A DNA stretch of 62,920 nt, the filler included, from Octopus bimaculoides (taxonomy: Eukaryota): assembly GCF_001194135.2 (NCBI RefSeq). It is 6 parts of 6 records of this genome, joined end to end, with 100 filler letters (N's around TTAATTAATTAA, not from the genome) between each part and the next. Parts side by side here need not be neighbours in the genome. Positions count along the whole stretch, not along the records: positions 37,697 to 57,730 come from NC_068983.1; positions 57,831 to 61,787 come from NC_068998.1; positions 61,888 to 62,920 come from NW_026332346.1; 3 more parts are not named here. One strand, given 5' to 3'. The notes below the pieces were generated by a model. The model was given only the letters and a program-made list of their open reading frames with translations, made no database searches and was not told the DNA's origin. Both the position numbers and the translations under genes were made by a program. Below are positions 50,473-62,920 of the stretch, in pieces (positions within the stretch are counted from its first letter, which is position 1; every line of letters starts with the position of its first letter).

Positions 50473-52030
50473 CTAGACTATCCGTGACCCATTGGGTCAC
50501 CAATAGTTCATGGTACCTGAAATGTGTATTCACATTTCAATGGTACCTTACTTTCAAAACATTTTTCCTATTATACGCCTGTTTCGCTATTTAGAAAGGT
50601 ACCCCCCCACCCCCCAAAAAAACAAAAAACCCGCGTATCTCGGTAACCTGTGGTTCGATTTACGCGAAACTTTCTTCCGGAAAAGAAAGAGGGGAGGGGT
50701 GGTGCGGATCTCGGAGTTTCTCATCAACGGAGTTTTGTTTCGCGGGTTTTTTTCTTTTCCAGGTTATTTCGCATGCTTTCAACGAATGTTACATCGAAAT
50801 CATGNNNNNNNNNNNNNNNNNNNNNNNNNNNNNNNNNNNNNNNNNNNNNNNNNNNNNNNNNNNNNNNNNNNNNNNNNNNNNNNNNNNNNNNNNNNNNNNN
50901 NNNNNNNNNNNNNNNNNNNNNNNNNNNNNNNNNNNNNNNNNNNNNNNNNNNNNNNNNNNNNNNNNNNNNNNNNNNNNNNNNNNNNNNNNNNNNNNNNNNN
51001 NNNNNNNNNNNNNNNNNNNNNNNNNNNNNNNNNNNNNNNNNNNNNNNNNNNNNNNNNNNNNNNNNNNNNNNNNNNNNNNNNNNNNNNNNNNNNNNNNNNN
51101 NNNNNNNNNNNNNNNNNNNNNNNNNNNNNNNNNNNNNNNNNNNNNNNNNNNNNNNNNNNNNNNNNNNNNNNNNNNNNNNNNNNNNNNNNNNNNNNNNNNN
51201 NNNNNNNNNNNNNNNNNNNNNNNNNNNNNNNNNNNNNNNNNNNNNNNNNNNNNNNNNNNNNNNNNNNNNNNNNNNNNNNNNNNNNNNNNNNNNNNNNNNN
51301 NNNNNNNNNNNNNNNNNNNNNNNNNNNNNNNNNNNNNNNNNNNNNNNNNNNNNNNNNNNNNNNNNNNNNNNNNNNNNNNNNNNNNNNNNNNNNNNNNNNN
51401 NNNNNNNNNNNNNNNNNNNNNNNNNNNNNNNNNNNNNNNNNNNNNNNNNNNNNNNNNNNTAACAGCTATTTCGGGTCCTTTATCGTAAATAGCTGTTACG
51501 TGGTAGCAGGCCATGTTAGAAATAGCAGCCAAATCTTTCACACTGAGGTTATGAACAGATTTTTTACGAAATATTTACTGCATTTTAAAGTCATTTTCAC
51601 TTTAAAATATTTTACAAATACGCCAGAAGAATTTTTGTAATGGTATTCACTTGAGAATAATTTTAAAAAAAATCAAAATATTGTTTGTTTAAAGAAAGCT
51701 ACTTACTGTACAAACAACTTACATTTTTGAAATCGCAATCACTTAAAAATATTTCTAAATGATTAAAACATTGTTTAACAAAAGCGAAAATAGAAACATT
51801 TATTGTAAGAAAAAAACAAATATATTTTCGTTGGCAAGTTAAAGTCATTAATGTATCTAATCGAAAAGTTAAAATTTCATCCCTTTCAGGGTTAAGTTAT
51901 TTTCAGAGTATTCTCCTATTATGCACCATTTTGGGTATTTATACCCCCAAAACCTCCAATATCTCAAGAATCACTTGTCCGATTTACGCGAAACTTCTTT
52001 TATTCCGTTTGTATTCGCATTTCAGGGATC
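50473..52030 (-). mobile_element. Non-autonomous Helitron-like element; the 3' end is well defined, the 5' extent is a guess
   Basis: Hairpin GTGACCC-att-GGGTCAC (50484-50500) lies 7 nt from a terminal CTAG followed by T; CGATTTACGCGAAACT recurs on both sides of the gap. Confidence 0.6.
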
Positions 52031-52295
52031 TTAATTCATAGTATTTTCTCATTATGCGCCATCTTGGCTGTGTAAAATTGCAAGCAAGCAAGCAAAATTG
52101 AAGTTCATTTTTAATAGTATATAGATAGTATATAACACTATACACAAGCACACACATACACAGATACACCCTCTCCCACCCACACTCCCCCACACCCCAT
52201 ACACTCCTCCCCACACACTCCCCCACACACATTGCACTGCTTTGATTTATATTTTTGTGTCTTTATACAAGTTGTCATAAGTTGTTAATTTCCGT

Positions 52296-52339
<44 letters not shown>

Positions 52340-52487
52340 ACTCTCTCTCTCTAAACACATACATATATACATATGTGTGTGTATGTGTAAATGCATGTAT
52401 GCATATATATTGTCTTTTGAATGGATTAAGCGTGTTTGTTTTCGTTTGAGCTATGTTATCATTATCATACATGCACATGTATATGTA

Positions 52488-52571
<84 letters not shown>

Positions 52572-53736
52572 AAGATATAATATGCACTCCTAACAATACA
52601 TACGCATACAAACTCCCGTATATAAGCACATATGTATGCATACACAGATTCACATACAAAGCCAAATCATTCCACGAAAATATATTAGTCTGGATTTCGA
52701 GGAACCCTGGCGTAAGACAGAGTGCATTCAAGAAAAGTAATGGAGAATGTCTGATAGTCTAATGGCGTAGCATGCACTCCCCTTCTTTCTCTGTCGTACT
52801 CTATTTATGTATGTCTGTCTCTCCCTTTCTCTCTCTCTCTCACTCTCTCTCTCTTCTCTCTATTACAGTTCATGCACATATATACCAGATTATATACAAA
52901 CACCCACACAAACTCATTCACACTCATTTCTTTTTAGGTGACGTTGTATATATAATGTACGTTGGACCATGATAGTTAAAATACGGTTTCAAACACCATG
53001 AAAAGTAGAACACACATTATTGTTTAACGGTTTCACATTTAATTTTGTTTATATTCATATAATTTAAGGTTTCATATTATATTCATATAATTTAAGGTGA
53101 ATAGAACTGTAAATTTATATTTTTGTGATAATGGTTCAAATACATACGTACATATCTATACATGCATATATAATAGAACAAAACCATTAACAAGTAGTGA
53201 AGGGGTATCAAGTCAGTTTATAACATATACTTTTATAACATACTGAAAAGAAATGCAAATATATAACACACACACACATATCTACATACACAGACACACA
53301 CACACATATATACATACACACACACACACATACATAGTAAGCAGTCAGGAAGTGTCCGGCGAATGAAAAGTACGTAATAGCTCAGATGTATATAGCTAGA
53401 CTCCAAGATATGGTAGAAATAAAGCCTGTTGTGTTGTTGAGACTTCGTAAGTAGATCTATAGTGTCACAGGTAAAAATAAACTTAGAATTGACAGAAAAG
53501 AACCTTGCAAGTAGACCTTTACAGCTGTTTCTGGAATGGTTGTGCGATTGGTGCAGGCCTCTGCACGTGTCTGCACCACCAAAGATTTGTGGCATCCTAT
53601 GCATGCATGTATGTATGTATGTATGTATGTATGTATGTATGTATGTACAATAGACCTTGTGCAAGTAGGGAATTACTACTTGGTTAGTTCCCCTTTTTTT
53701 CTCTCTGAATGAAAATACAGACTTTAGCATCGTGGC

Positions 53737-53820
<84 letters not shown>

Positions 53821-53934
53821 GTCTGTCTACATATATATATATATGTATATANNNNNNNNNNNNNNNNNNNNNNNNNNNNNNNNNNNNNNNNNNNNNNNNN
53901 NNNNNNNNNNNNNNNATATATATATATATATATA

Positions 53935-54128
53935 GTAAAAAGAAAACACAAAAAACAATAACAAAAAAGTGAGGACGTGATACGGATAGTATTATTGGAC
54001 GCTCGGGAAAGGAAAGAGAGAGAGTATGACGTTTCGGGCGGAGCCCTTAGTCGGAAAGACGGAAAGTTCAAAGAATGGAAAAACGGAGGAAGAGAAAAAT
54101 GGCACCGATGCCCACGAGGTTACATTGT
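53935..54128 (-). mobile_element. ~190 bp TA-flanked element with a hammerhead-like motif at 54024-54060
   Basis: Minus strand reads GTCTTT-CCGACTA-A-GGGC-tcc-GCCC-GAAA-CG-TC, then TTCCCGAGCGT as in the 15348 family. Confidence 0.65.
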
Positions 54129-54669
54129 ATATATATATATATACGTTTATCATCCTATCCATCTATCTATTTGTCTGTCTGTCTATTTATCCCTCTAGCT
54201 AGCTTATTATTCTAAACGCAATATCCAAACAGGCTCAGTATAACAATGATGATGTTACCAATGACGACGACGATGAGGAAATGTGTGACAAAACTCGCTT
54301 CCGAACAGTAACAATATCTTCAAAACTGAATGTGATTCTGGATAAGGTCAAACGCTAAGTCACCTACATCTGCAGTAATCAACAGCTCACGTTAGCAACC
54401 CTTGGGAATTTTTAGTTTGTTCAATCAGAACGACGTTACAAATTCGATCCTGGAGTTTATGGCTGACGAGCCATACTAATTCGTTAAATCTCGCATATTT
54501 AACCAGACAAAGAAGATATCTACTTGATTAACTTCAATTATAGACCAACTTATTGATGTATTACCACGGCTCTCTGTTCTCCATTAACCTCTCTGATGTC
54601 TGATGACTATAACCTGAAGAACTGAAGACATATATCGGTGAAAGGTGCGAGCGTGCACACACACACACG

Positions 54670-54728
<59 letters not shown>

Positions 54729-54957
54729 TTCTTTGACTTTATCTCTGTGTGAATTAAATAAACAGGAAAAATGAACATTGAGTTAACCACATAGAGGAGC
54801 ATGGAACATTTGACCTTGCAATCCGTCTGGATGTTTCGGTAACTATTCACCTCAACAGTAAGTATATACAGATACATATGTAAGGTTTGTGCGCGCGTGC
54901 GTGTGTATCTATGCGCACGTATGTGTGCTTATATGTGTATGTACATGTATAATATTG

Positions 54958-55140
54958 GTTTTAGATTTTGGCACAAGTCCAGCAATTTCAGGGGAGGGGG
55001 CTGGTCAGTTACATACTTATTTACATACTTATTTTAATACTTATTTTATCGACTTTTAAAGTATGACAGGCAAATTCGATCTCGAAGGAATTTGAACTCT
55101 AAGCATATTACCTGGGTTGCTTACGGCTCTGCCAGCCCAC
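54958..55140 (-). mobile_element. SINE family B, degenerate
   Basis: TTTTGGCACAAGTCCAGCAATTTC..GGAATTTGAACTC..CTCTGCCAGCCC. Confidence 0.75.
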
Positions 55141-57612
55141 TACCTTTGTATACACGTACAATATTGCAAAAAAGCATTGTAAAGGGAACGATTTGGCAAA
55201 CCTCCGGAGTCATTGTCACTTTATTAAAAATATTTAGCTTGAGCTCGTAAAGAGTCAACATATTTTAGATATTCGTTGAGGACTCTGACTATTGCCAAGA
55301 TATATTAAGAAAAAGTGTTTTAATTGAGAAACTGCAATAATAAGGAATTCAAAGCTACAGAACAACAACAAGACCAAGAAAAACTGAAAATCATGTAATT
55401 GAATCCAAGCCTTATTAGGACATTATCGTCTATAAGATATAGAGATTTCGAATGGCAGATCTGGATAAATATCCCCCAATACTGTTTTGCTTATCCATTG
55501 AACGAACTCCTTGCCTATTCAGAATTTAACTTTGTATCTGACTATCATTAAACTAGAGATGTTCGAACATTGTCTCAATTTATCCAATTCTTCGTATCTG
55601 CCATGGAGGAAGATTTTAAAGCATTATTTGTGATCTCGACGAGCTCTTTCGAATTATAACGATTTTGAACGCAAGCGCAAGATCACAAATTTAGGAAAAG
55701 CAATTAGTCGATATAATTCATCTTAATATATGACTGGCGCTACTTGATCAAAACCCGGTTGGATGGAAGTTAAAATATATCTCGATCGGCATTATTAAGT
55801 TATAAATAAAGTAAAAAGAAAGCTATTGCATATATATCTCGGCTCTTCATCGTGATTATATAAAAAGTTGAGAGTGTTTCTTTACTGTTAGCTGTGCTTG
55901 CTGGTTTTGTATGTTAGTTGGTGTATAATATAATGTGTCGGTGTGTAGAGTTAGGGGAGTGTGTAGAATATATGTTAGCGTAAAGAGTGCTGGCGGCTGT
56001 TGTCAATGTTGTTTAATACCCAGGCAACGCTGACCGAGAAAACTCATGATGAAAAAAGTTCCAGCCATAATCATTCCATTTTCTATTTTAAAAAATAACA
56101 TGCCCTTTTTCAAAACGATATGGTATGGCTCGAGGGGGATTTTACTGCTATGCAAATCAAATGACTAAGTAGCTCTTGGTTGGCTCTTCATTACCTCTTC
56201 GTTAGTTCTTGTTAGTTACATGCTGGTGATGTGAATTGGTCATCTGATGCTCAGAATGTCTTAATTGCAAATGTTAACTTAATATATAAGTGGGTACGTG
56301 TCATTTGTGTGTTGTAGTGGTATGTTGGAGGTGTATTTCGGTGAGGTTAATTGACATGTGAAGAGTGGTGTATTTGCTGATTATATTTTTGTGTGTGCGT
56401 GCGTTGGCTACGTGCGTTGTTTGTGAAGTTTCTGTGAGTAATACTTTTGCTATGATCTAGTTATGTTCTGTGTCTTTGTTGCTGTAGAATATCACTAATC
56501 ATACTCAGTGACTAAGTAAAGCATTAAATATTTAAGTTTGTCACGGATTCAAACACAGTGAATGACATTTACTTCAACACAACAACTTATAAATAAAACC
56601 GCTTTTGAAATCCTTCCAGGTGTTGCCTTGACTAACTTACTTTAACATCAATACCTTACAGGTATGTCCTTATATTTTCACAGCTTATGTTATCAGTTTT
56701 GTTTGCATACCGTAACTAATAACGATTTTATGAAATCATACACTTCTGATGTGTTTCTTGTCTTTACAAAAGCTATATAATTTCTTAGTTAATGAATGCA
56801 TTTAGTTGAAATTTGCAATATCTTTGCCAATACCAAATGAATGATTGCTTACTTTATATCACAGTACACACAATCATACTCACCCTCTCTCTCTCTCTCT
56901 CACACACATATAATACGTATAATGGTCTTATCTTAAGAAGTGTAAAATGAGCATTCTCCTTTCTAGTGTCATTTAGTATTTGAAAAGAAAATGACAACAA
57001 ACATTGATTAATTGAAAGGCACTTAAACTCGTCTTACAAGTATTTCTAGTGGGTGAACTAGACCATAAATATGCCAAGAGAATAAAAGAAATTACTGGCG
57101 CAAGAAATTATGTCTAAAATGATTGCTTTAGTAAGTAATTCATAGAACAAGATCTGTACTTCTTCCATATACAGCTTTATACATACACACATTCTCTTTC
57201 TTTCTGTCTCCCCTTCTCGTCCTCTCCATTTCATTCTTGTTTTTTCTTTGTTGTATTTTTCTTCCATGCACTCATGAACATCAAAACCTAAGACATTTAT
57301 TCAGACGCTTAATTGGACTCTTTGCTCTTAGTACACAGCCCATGACATTAGAGCACAACTGTGCTATCGTAGTCACACATGTCGAACTGATCAGCTGTGA
57401 GATGGTCGACAGCTTTACATCAAAGCTATGATTTGTTATACAGTTTTGCCGCTGTTTATGCTGCAGAGCAGCCTATTACAATGTGCCATATTTTTTTATA
57501 TTAACTCACTGTCTCCAGGGTTTTTCACACGAAAACATTTTTTAATTTCAGACATTAAACGAAAATCGTTCACACTGTCTTCTTCATATGTATGTTTGCA
57601 TGTATATGTATG

Positions 57613-57646
<34 letters not shown>

Positions 57647-57730
57647 TGTATGTATGTATGTATGTATGTATGTATGAGTTAGTGTGTATGCATATACATG
57701 TGTGTGTATAAAGATATACATATATATATA

Positions 57731-57830
57731 NNNNNNNNNNNNNNNNNNNNNNNNNNNNNNNNNNNNNNNNNNNNTTAATTAATTAANNNNNNNNNNNNNN
57801 NNNNNNNNNNNNNNNNNNNNNNNNNNNNNN
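57731..57830. other. Artificial scaffold spacer
   Basis: 44N + TTAATTAATTAA (57775-57786) + 44N. Confidence 0.95.
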
Positions 57831-58573
57831 TACATACATGCGTGTGTGTCTATATGAGGATGTATGTTGTGTGGATGTGTGATGTTAAATTTGAAATAAA
57901 TAAATACGAATTAATGCAACGCCGAAATGAGGTGTGATGATTTCGTGATATATACATTTATATTTATATTATATATATATATCCTAAAAATGTAATATAT
58001 AGATTATTTCACTCGATATAGATCTTAATTAGTGTTCGATATCATTGCACTAATAGTAGTAGTAGCAGTAGTAGTAGTAGTAGTAGTAGTAATAATAAAT
58101 GTTCTTCGTTTAAGCTTTTGTCTTCTCGCTCTCCTTCATCTTCTTGTCCTTTTCATCATCATCATCATTTTCTTCTTCTCGTCGTCGTCGTCGTCGTCGT
58201 CCTCCTCCTCCCCCTCGTCCTCTTTGTCTTTATAATTTTATTAACAATGAAACTAAAGACTTCATCATTTAAATCAACACTGTGATTATTATCAAATTAA
58301 TATGACGTGTGTGCGTGCGTGTGTGTGTGCGTGTGCGTGCGTGCGTGTGTGTGTGTGCGTGTGCGTGCGNNNNNNNNNNNNNNNNNNNNNNNNNNNNNNN
58401 NNNNNNNNNNNNNNNNNNNNNNNNNNNNNNNNNNNNNNNNNNNNNNNNNNNNNNNNNNNNNNNNNNNNNNNNNNNNNNNNNNNNNNNNNNNNNNNNNNNN
58501 NNNNNNNNNNNNNNNNNNNNNNNNNNNNNNNNNNNNNTATATATACATATATATATACATACATATATATATA

Positions 58574-58604
<31 letters not shown>

Positions 58605-58606
<2 letters not shown>

Positions 58607-58835
58607 TGATCTTGTCGGGCCGGTACCTACGTGCATTTTTCTTAACTATCCGTTCTTTCCTTCTTTTCCTCTTCTGTGGACTTATCTCCACTGTCCGACG
58701 AAGAGCCAGGCCCGAAACGTCAGTCATTTTCTTACTTGTAATTTTCTATGTAAACCTTTCTTCGAACGTGGAACTAAAATTCGGCAGTCGTCGTTTTTGT
58801 TCTCGTTCTTGAGTTCGCCGTTCGTCACGGATTTG
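58605..58835 (+). mobile_element. ~230 bp TA-flanked element with a hammerhead-like motif at 58695-58724
   Basis: CCGACGA-A-GAGC-cag-GCCC-GAAA-CG-TC-AGT. Confidence 0.6.
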
Positions 58836-59374
58836 CCGATGTATATATACACGCACACAAACAGGAAATCACGTTGCAAAGACAGGAGATGAATACATTT
58901 ATCGCGGTTTCATCTGGCAAATTATCAAATCTTATGCACACCATTGGAAATATTACTTTGCATGTATGTACCTGTCTGTCTACATCGTGGCACCTTTGTA
59001 CTGTCCCCCACACCTCATTGTAAGGGCCTACATTAATCATAATGTCCAGTTTTTCCCCGCCAGCGCGTGTCCCACCACCAGCTATTTACCTCCTGGCTTA
59101 CATATTTCTCTCTCATGTGCTGACTAACAAAGATGCAACAGGGACATTAATCACATCAATCTCACTAGGAAGTGCAAGGAGGCGGGGTGATGGTGAAAAG
59201 ACGATAGACATTATCCCTTCTTCTAGGTTATTGGTTCTCAGCTCCTTTTATTTGTTTTTGCCTATAAGCCCCTTTTGATCCCTATGTTATTCAGGTGGAC
59301 CCTAATAATCATTCCATGTTAAAAAATTTTAAAGGTGTTTATGTAATCAAATATTGTTAGGGATTTTTTAATCT

Positions 59375-59550
59375 TTTATTTGTTTCAGTCATTTGAATGC
59401 AGCCAGGCTGGAGCACCTCCTTTAGTCGAACAAATTGATCCCTGGACTTATTATTTGTAAGCCTATTCTATCGGTTTCTTTTGCCGAACCCCTAAGCTAC
59501 GAAACATAAACACACGAACATCGGTTGTCAGGCGATGTTGGGGGACAAAC
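59375..59550 (-). mobile_element. SINE family A 3' half
   Basis: TTTGTTTCAGTCATTTGAATGCAGCCAGGCTGGAGCACC..GGTTGTCAGGCGATGTTGGGGGACAAAC. Confidence 0.8.
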
Positions 59551-59913
59551 ACATATTTAAACATTACAAACCTAGCTATGGGGTAAATAAAAATCTAGAC
59601 AGCTTTCTTCTATGCCATTGATGTACAGAACGAAACAAACAAAGAAAGAAAGAATGAAGAAGGGGAGAAAGAAGGACTCTGTTGACGGACCGTTTCACTG
59701 TTTCTTGACCATGCCTCAGAGAAGACACACGTGAGTGGCTTCCATTTCCAATCAGCAGAATATTCTATCCGCAGTATGAGGCAGTCTAATATTTGGTTAG
59801 CACCGTAGCGGATAGCCTATTTAGCCTAACTCCCCATGTCAGGGCAACTCACTCATAATTGAATATTAGCTGTTTATGCATATCACAGCATAAATCAGAA
59901 AAAAGAAATAAAA

Positions 59914-60012
59914 TTAAAATAATATATATGTCTTAATTTGTATACATTTACACACACAGAGATATATGTATGTGTATACATGTACGTCTATATATATGAG
60001 TGTATGCATATG

Positions 60013-60051
<39 letters not shown>

Positions 60052-60463
60052 ATAAATAGATAGATATATATATGTGTGTTTCTGTATAGATAGATAGATA
60101 GAGAGAGAGAGAGATATACACATACAGATATTGGTATGTGCATATGTGTATATATATTTCTCCATACATACATATATTTCTAAGTACATATATGTGTGAG
60201 TATGTATGCATATCTATATGAATATATGTATATATTTGTGTTTGTGTGTATGTGCGTGTTAAGGCGAGGGTGTATATACGCTTATATGCAGAGTATTCAA
60301 GTTAACAGGTTCATGAGGTGTTTGACAAAGATTTCTCCATTATCTAATTTGCATATATACATTTTGATTTGTAATTATACACCAGTGAGCATTCACATGC
60401 GTACGTATATACATACATACATATTTATATATATATATATATATGTAAATACATATATGTATG

Positions 60464-60512
<49 letters not shown>

Positions 60513-61747
60513 NNNNNNNNNNNNNNNNNNNNNNNNNNNNNNNNNNNNNNNNNNNNNNNNNNNNNNNNNNNNNNNNNNNNNNNNNNNNNNNNNNNNNNNN
60601 NNNNNNNNNNNNNNNNNNNNNNNNNNNNNNNNNNNNNNNNNNNNNNNNNNNNNNNNNNNNNNNNNNNNNNNNNNNNNNNNNNNNNNNNNNNNNNNNNNNN
60701 NNNNNNNNNNNNNNNNNNNNNNNNNNNNNNNNNNNNNNNNNNNNNNNNNNNNNNNNNNNNNNNNNNNNNNNNNNNNNNNNNNNNNNNNNNNNNNNNNNNN
60801 NNNNNNNNNNNNNNNNNNNNNNNNNNNNNNNNNNNNNNNNNNNNNNNNNNNNNNNNNNNNNNNNNNNNNNNNNNNNNNNNNNNNNNNNNNNNNNNNNNNN
60901 NNNNNNNNNNNNNNNNNNNNNNNNNNNNNNNNNNNNNNNNNNNNNNNNNNNNNNNNNNNNNNNNNCATATCTATATGAATATATGTATATATTTGTGTTT
61001 GTGTGTATGTGCGTGTTAAGGCGAGGGTGTATATACGCTTATATGCAGAGTATTCAAGTTAACAGGTTCATGAGGTGTTTGACAAAGATTTCTCCATTAT
61101 CTAATTTGCATATATACATTTTGATTTGTAATTATACACCAGTGAGCATTCACATGCGTACGTATATACATACATACATATTTATATATATATATATATA
61201 TGTATATAAAAACGTCCTTAATTACCTAACAATTTATCTATTTATCGAAGTGCCTCCCTGTCACTCCACACACATACACGCATGCTCGGCATCTACACAC
61301 GCACTCACATATACACAAACATATACATACATATCCACACATCTTCAAATACATATACACATATGCGCGCGCGTTACATCCCTGTGTACGAAATGATTAA
61401 ATATTTCCAATTATGAAATATTGGTAATTAAAATGTGAAAAGTGTAATTAGTTTTACCTTAAAGGTAGTAAACAGTGTTTGATGTCTGTCGACAGTTTAA
61501 TCATATTAGTTCCACATACAAAAGATTCTTCAACTATTTTATGACATTTAATTGATCATCTGTGTGTGCGTGCGTGCATGTTTAGGTGTGTGTGTGTGTG
61601 TGTGTGTGTTTGTGTGTGTGTTTGTGTGTATGTCTGTGTGTGTATATATGTATGTGTTTATGGATGTAGGTTGTTAGGTAGGTATGTAGGTATGTATGTA
61701 AAATTTATCTATCAATAAATCTCTCATACATACATACATATTTGGGC

Positions 61748-61787
<40 letters not shown>

Positions 61788-62408
61788 NNNNNNNNNNNNN
61801 NNNNNNNNNNNNNNNNNNNNNNNNNNNNNNNTTAATTAATTAANNNNNNNNNNNNNNNNNNNNNNNNNNNNNNNNNNNNNNNNNNNNATATATATATATA
61901 TATATATCAAAGCACCACTTCACTGCTTATACATTTACGTAAGACGGTATACTTTAATATTACAATCTGTTTGCGTCTATACATCTTAACATCTCATTCT
62001 CACATTCATATCATTTATTGAAAAACTGATATTTGAAAAATAGGGTAATGTTTAACCGACATTTTATGGTATATATTTTGTGTCTTTTTCTCCTGTAGTT
62101 CTTGCATTACATAACCTGAAGGACTTTCTGTATTTTATGCTTCGAAAAAAAAAATGTAATGAGCTATTGCTACAACTGTCAAATATTAACTCACCATATT
62201 CTCACATGAACACGCATACAGAGACACGCAAAGACATATATACCAAACACTCATTTTTATATTGTGTATATGTTTACAGTATGTACATTCTATATATACA
62301 TACGTTTATAAAAATGTTTCTTTACAGATATTATGTATATTATTGTATTTATATTTTATAAATGTATACATCCATCCATCCATCCATCCATCCATCCATC
62401 TCTCTCCC

Positions 62409-62493
<85 letters not shown>

Positions 62494-62920
62494 AAATAGA
62501 TAGATATATAAATACACCATACACATACATATACATATATATATTTAAATAGAAAGATATATAAATACACCCTCCACACACACATATACACACATATATA
62601 TCTTCTAGCTATATGCATACAATATATATGTACATATATGTGAATAGTGTACAAACACACACACAAACACACACATATATACACGACCACAATAGTTCAA
62701 AATACATGCATGTAATAAATATTTATAAAACTATATATATTCAAATATATGTATACACAACACTCGTATATATGTATAAATACATAAACATACATATATA
62801 CATACACGTATATATACACATGCATATACATACACAGATATATACACATTCGCACTGACGGACGCACGCACACACACACGCATATACACTCACACACACG
62901 CACACACATACACACACACA
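59914..62920. repeat. Mosaic of (TA)n, (CA)n, (TACA)n, (CT)n and (TCCA)n microsatellites with gaps
   Basis: Directly visible. Confidence 0.9.
61788..61887. other. Artificial scaffold spacer
   Basis: 44N + TTAATTAATTAA (61832-61843) + 44N. Confidence 0.95.

Noticed and set aside
52160-52226. C-rich tracts here and at 46478-46590 as G-quadruplex regulatory elements
   Set aside because: They are low-complexity CA/CCC decay products with no functional context
55200-55800. Unique-looking segment as a coding exon or LINE relic
   Set aside because: The frames I translated by eye gave only short open stretches with no motif I recognise
3380-61396. Long ORFs of 150-480 aa filled with X
   Set aside because: They are open only because N runs contain no stop codons
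21-62915. The many 60-130 aa ORFs of type YIYI, CVCV, HTHT, SLSL, IYLS and poly-Y/N/S
   Set aside because: They are translations of di-, tri- and tetranucleotide microsatellites

Overview
AT-rich eukaryotic non-coding DNA, dense in microsatellites and assembly gaps. The SINE families and repeat density point to a coleoid cephalopod, probably Octopus (inference). I recognise no host protein-coding gene, rRNA, true tRNA gene or CRISPR array, and almost all ORFs in the track are microsatellite or N-run artefacts. The window is a layered record of transposable elements. Retroposons: at least four tRNA-derived SINE families; decayed non-LTR retrotransposons (RTE, CR1-like, HERO-like, R4/Dong-like); and a Penelope-like fragment. 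DNA elements: mariner and Tc1 transposase relics; hAT- and piggyBac-type MITEs with target-site duplications; a Helitron-type 3' end; and a ~960 bp foldback element. The most notable signals are five degenerate type-I hammerhead-ribozyme-like motifs (four of them in ~200 bp elements next to (TA)n runs, i.e. retrozyme or Penelope-like relics), a C4HC3 PHD finger in frame inside an RTE reverse transcriptase, and the foldback element. Five 44N-TTAATTAATTAA-44N spacers are artificial. Family labels A-D are my own, and element boundaries are approximate unless a TSD or TIR is quoted.
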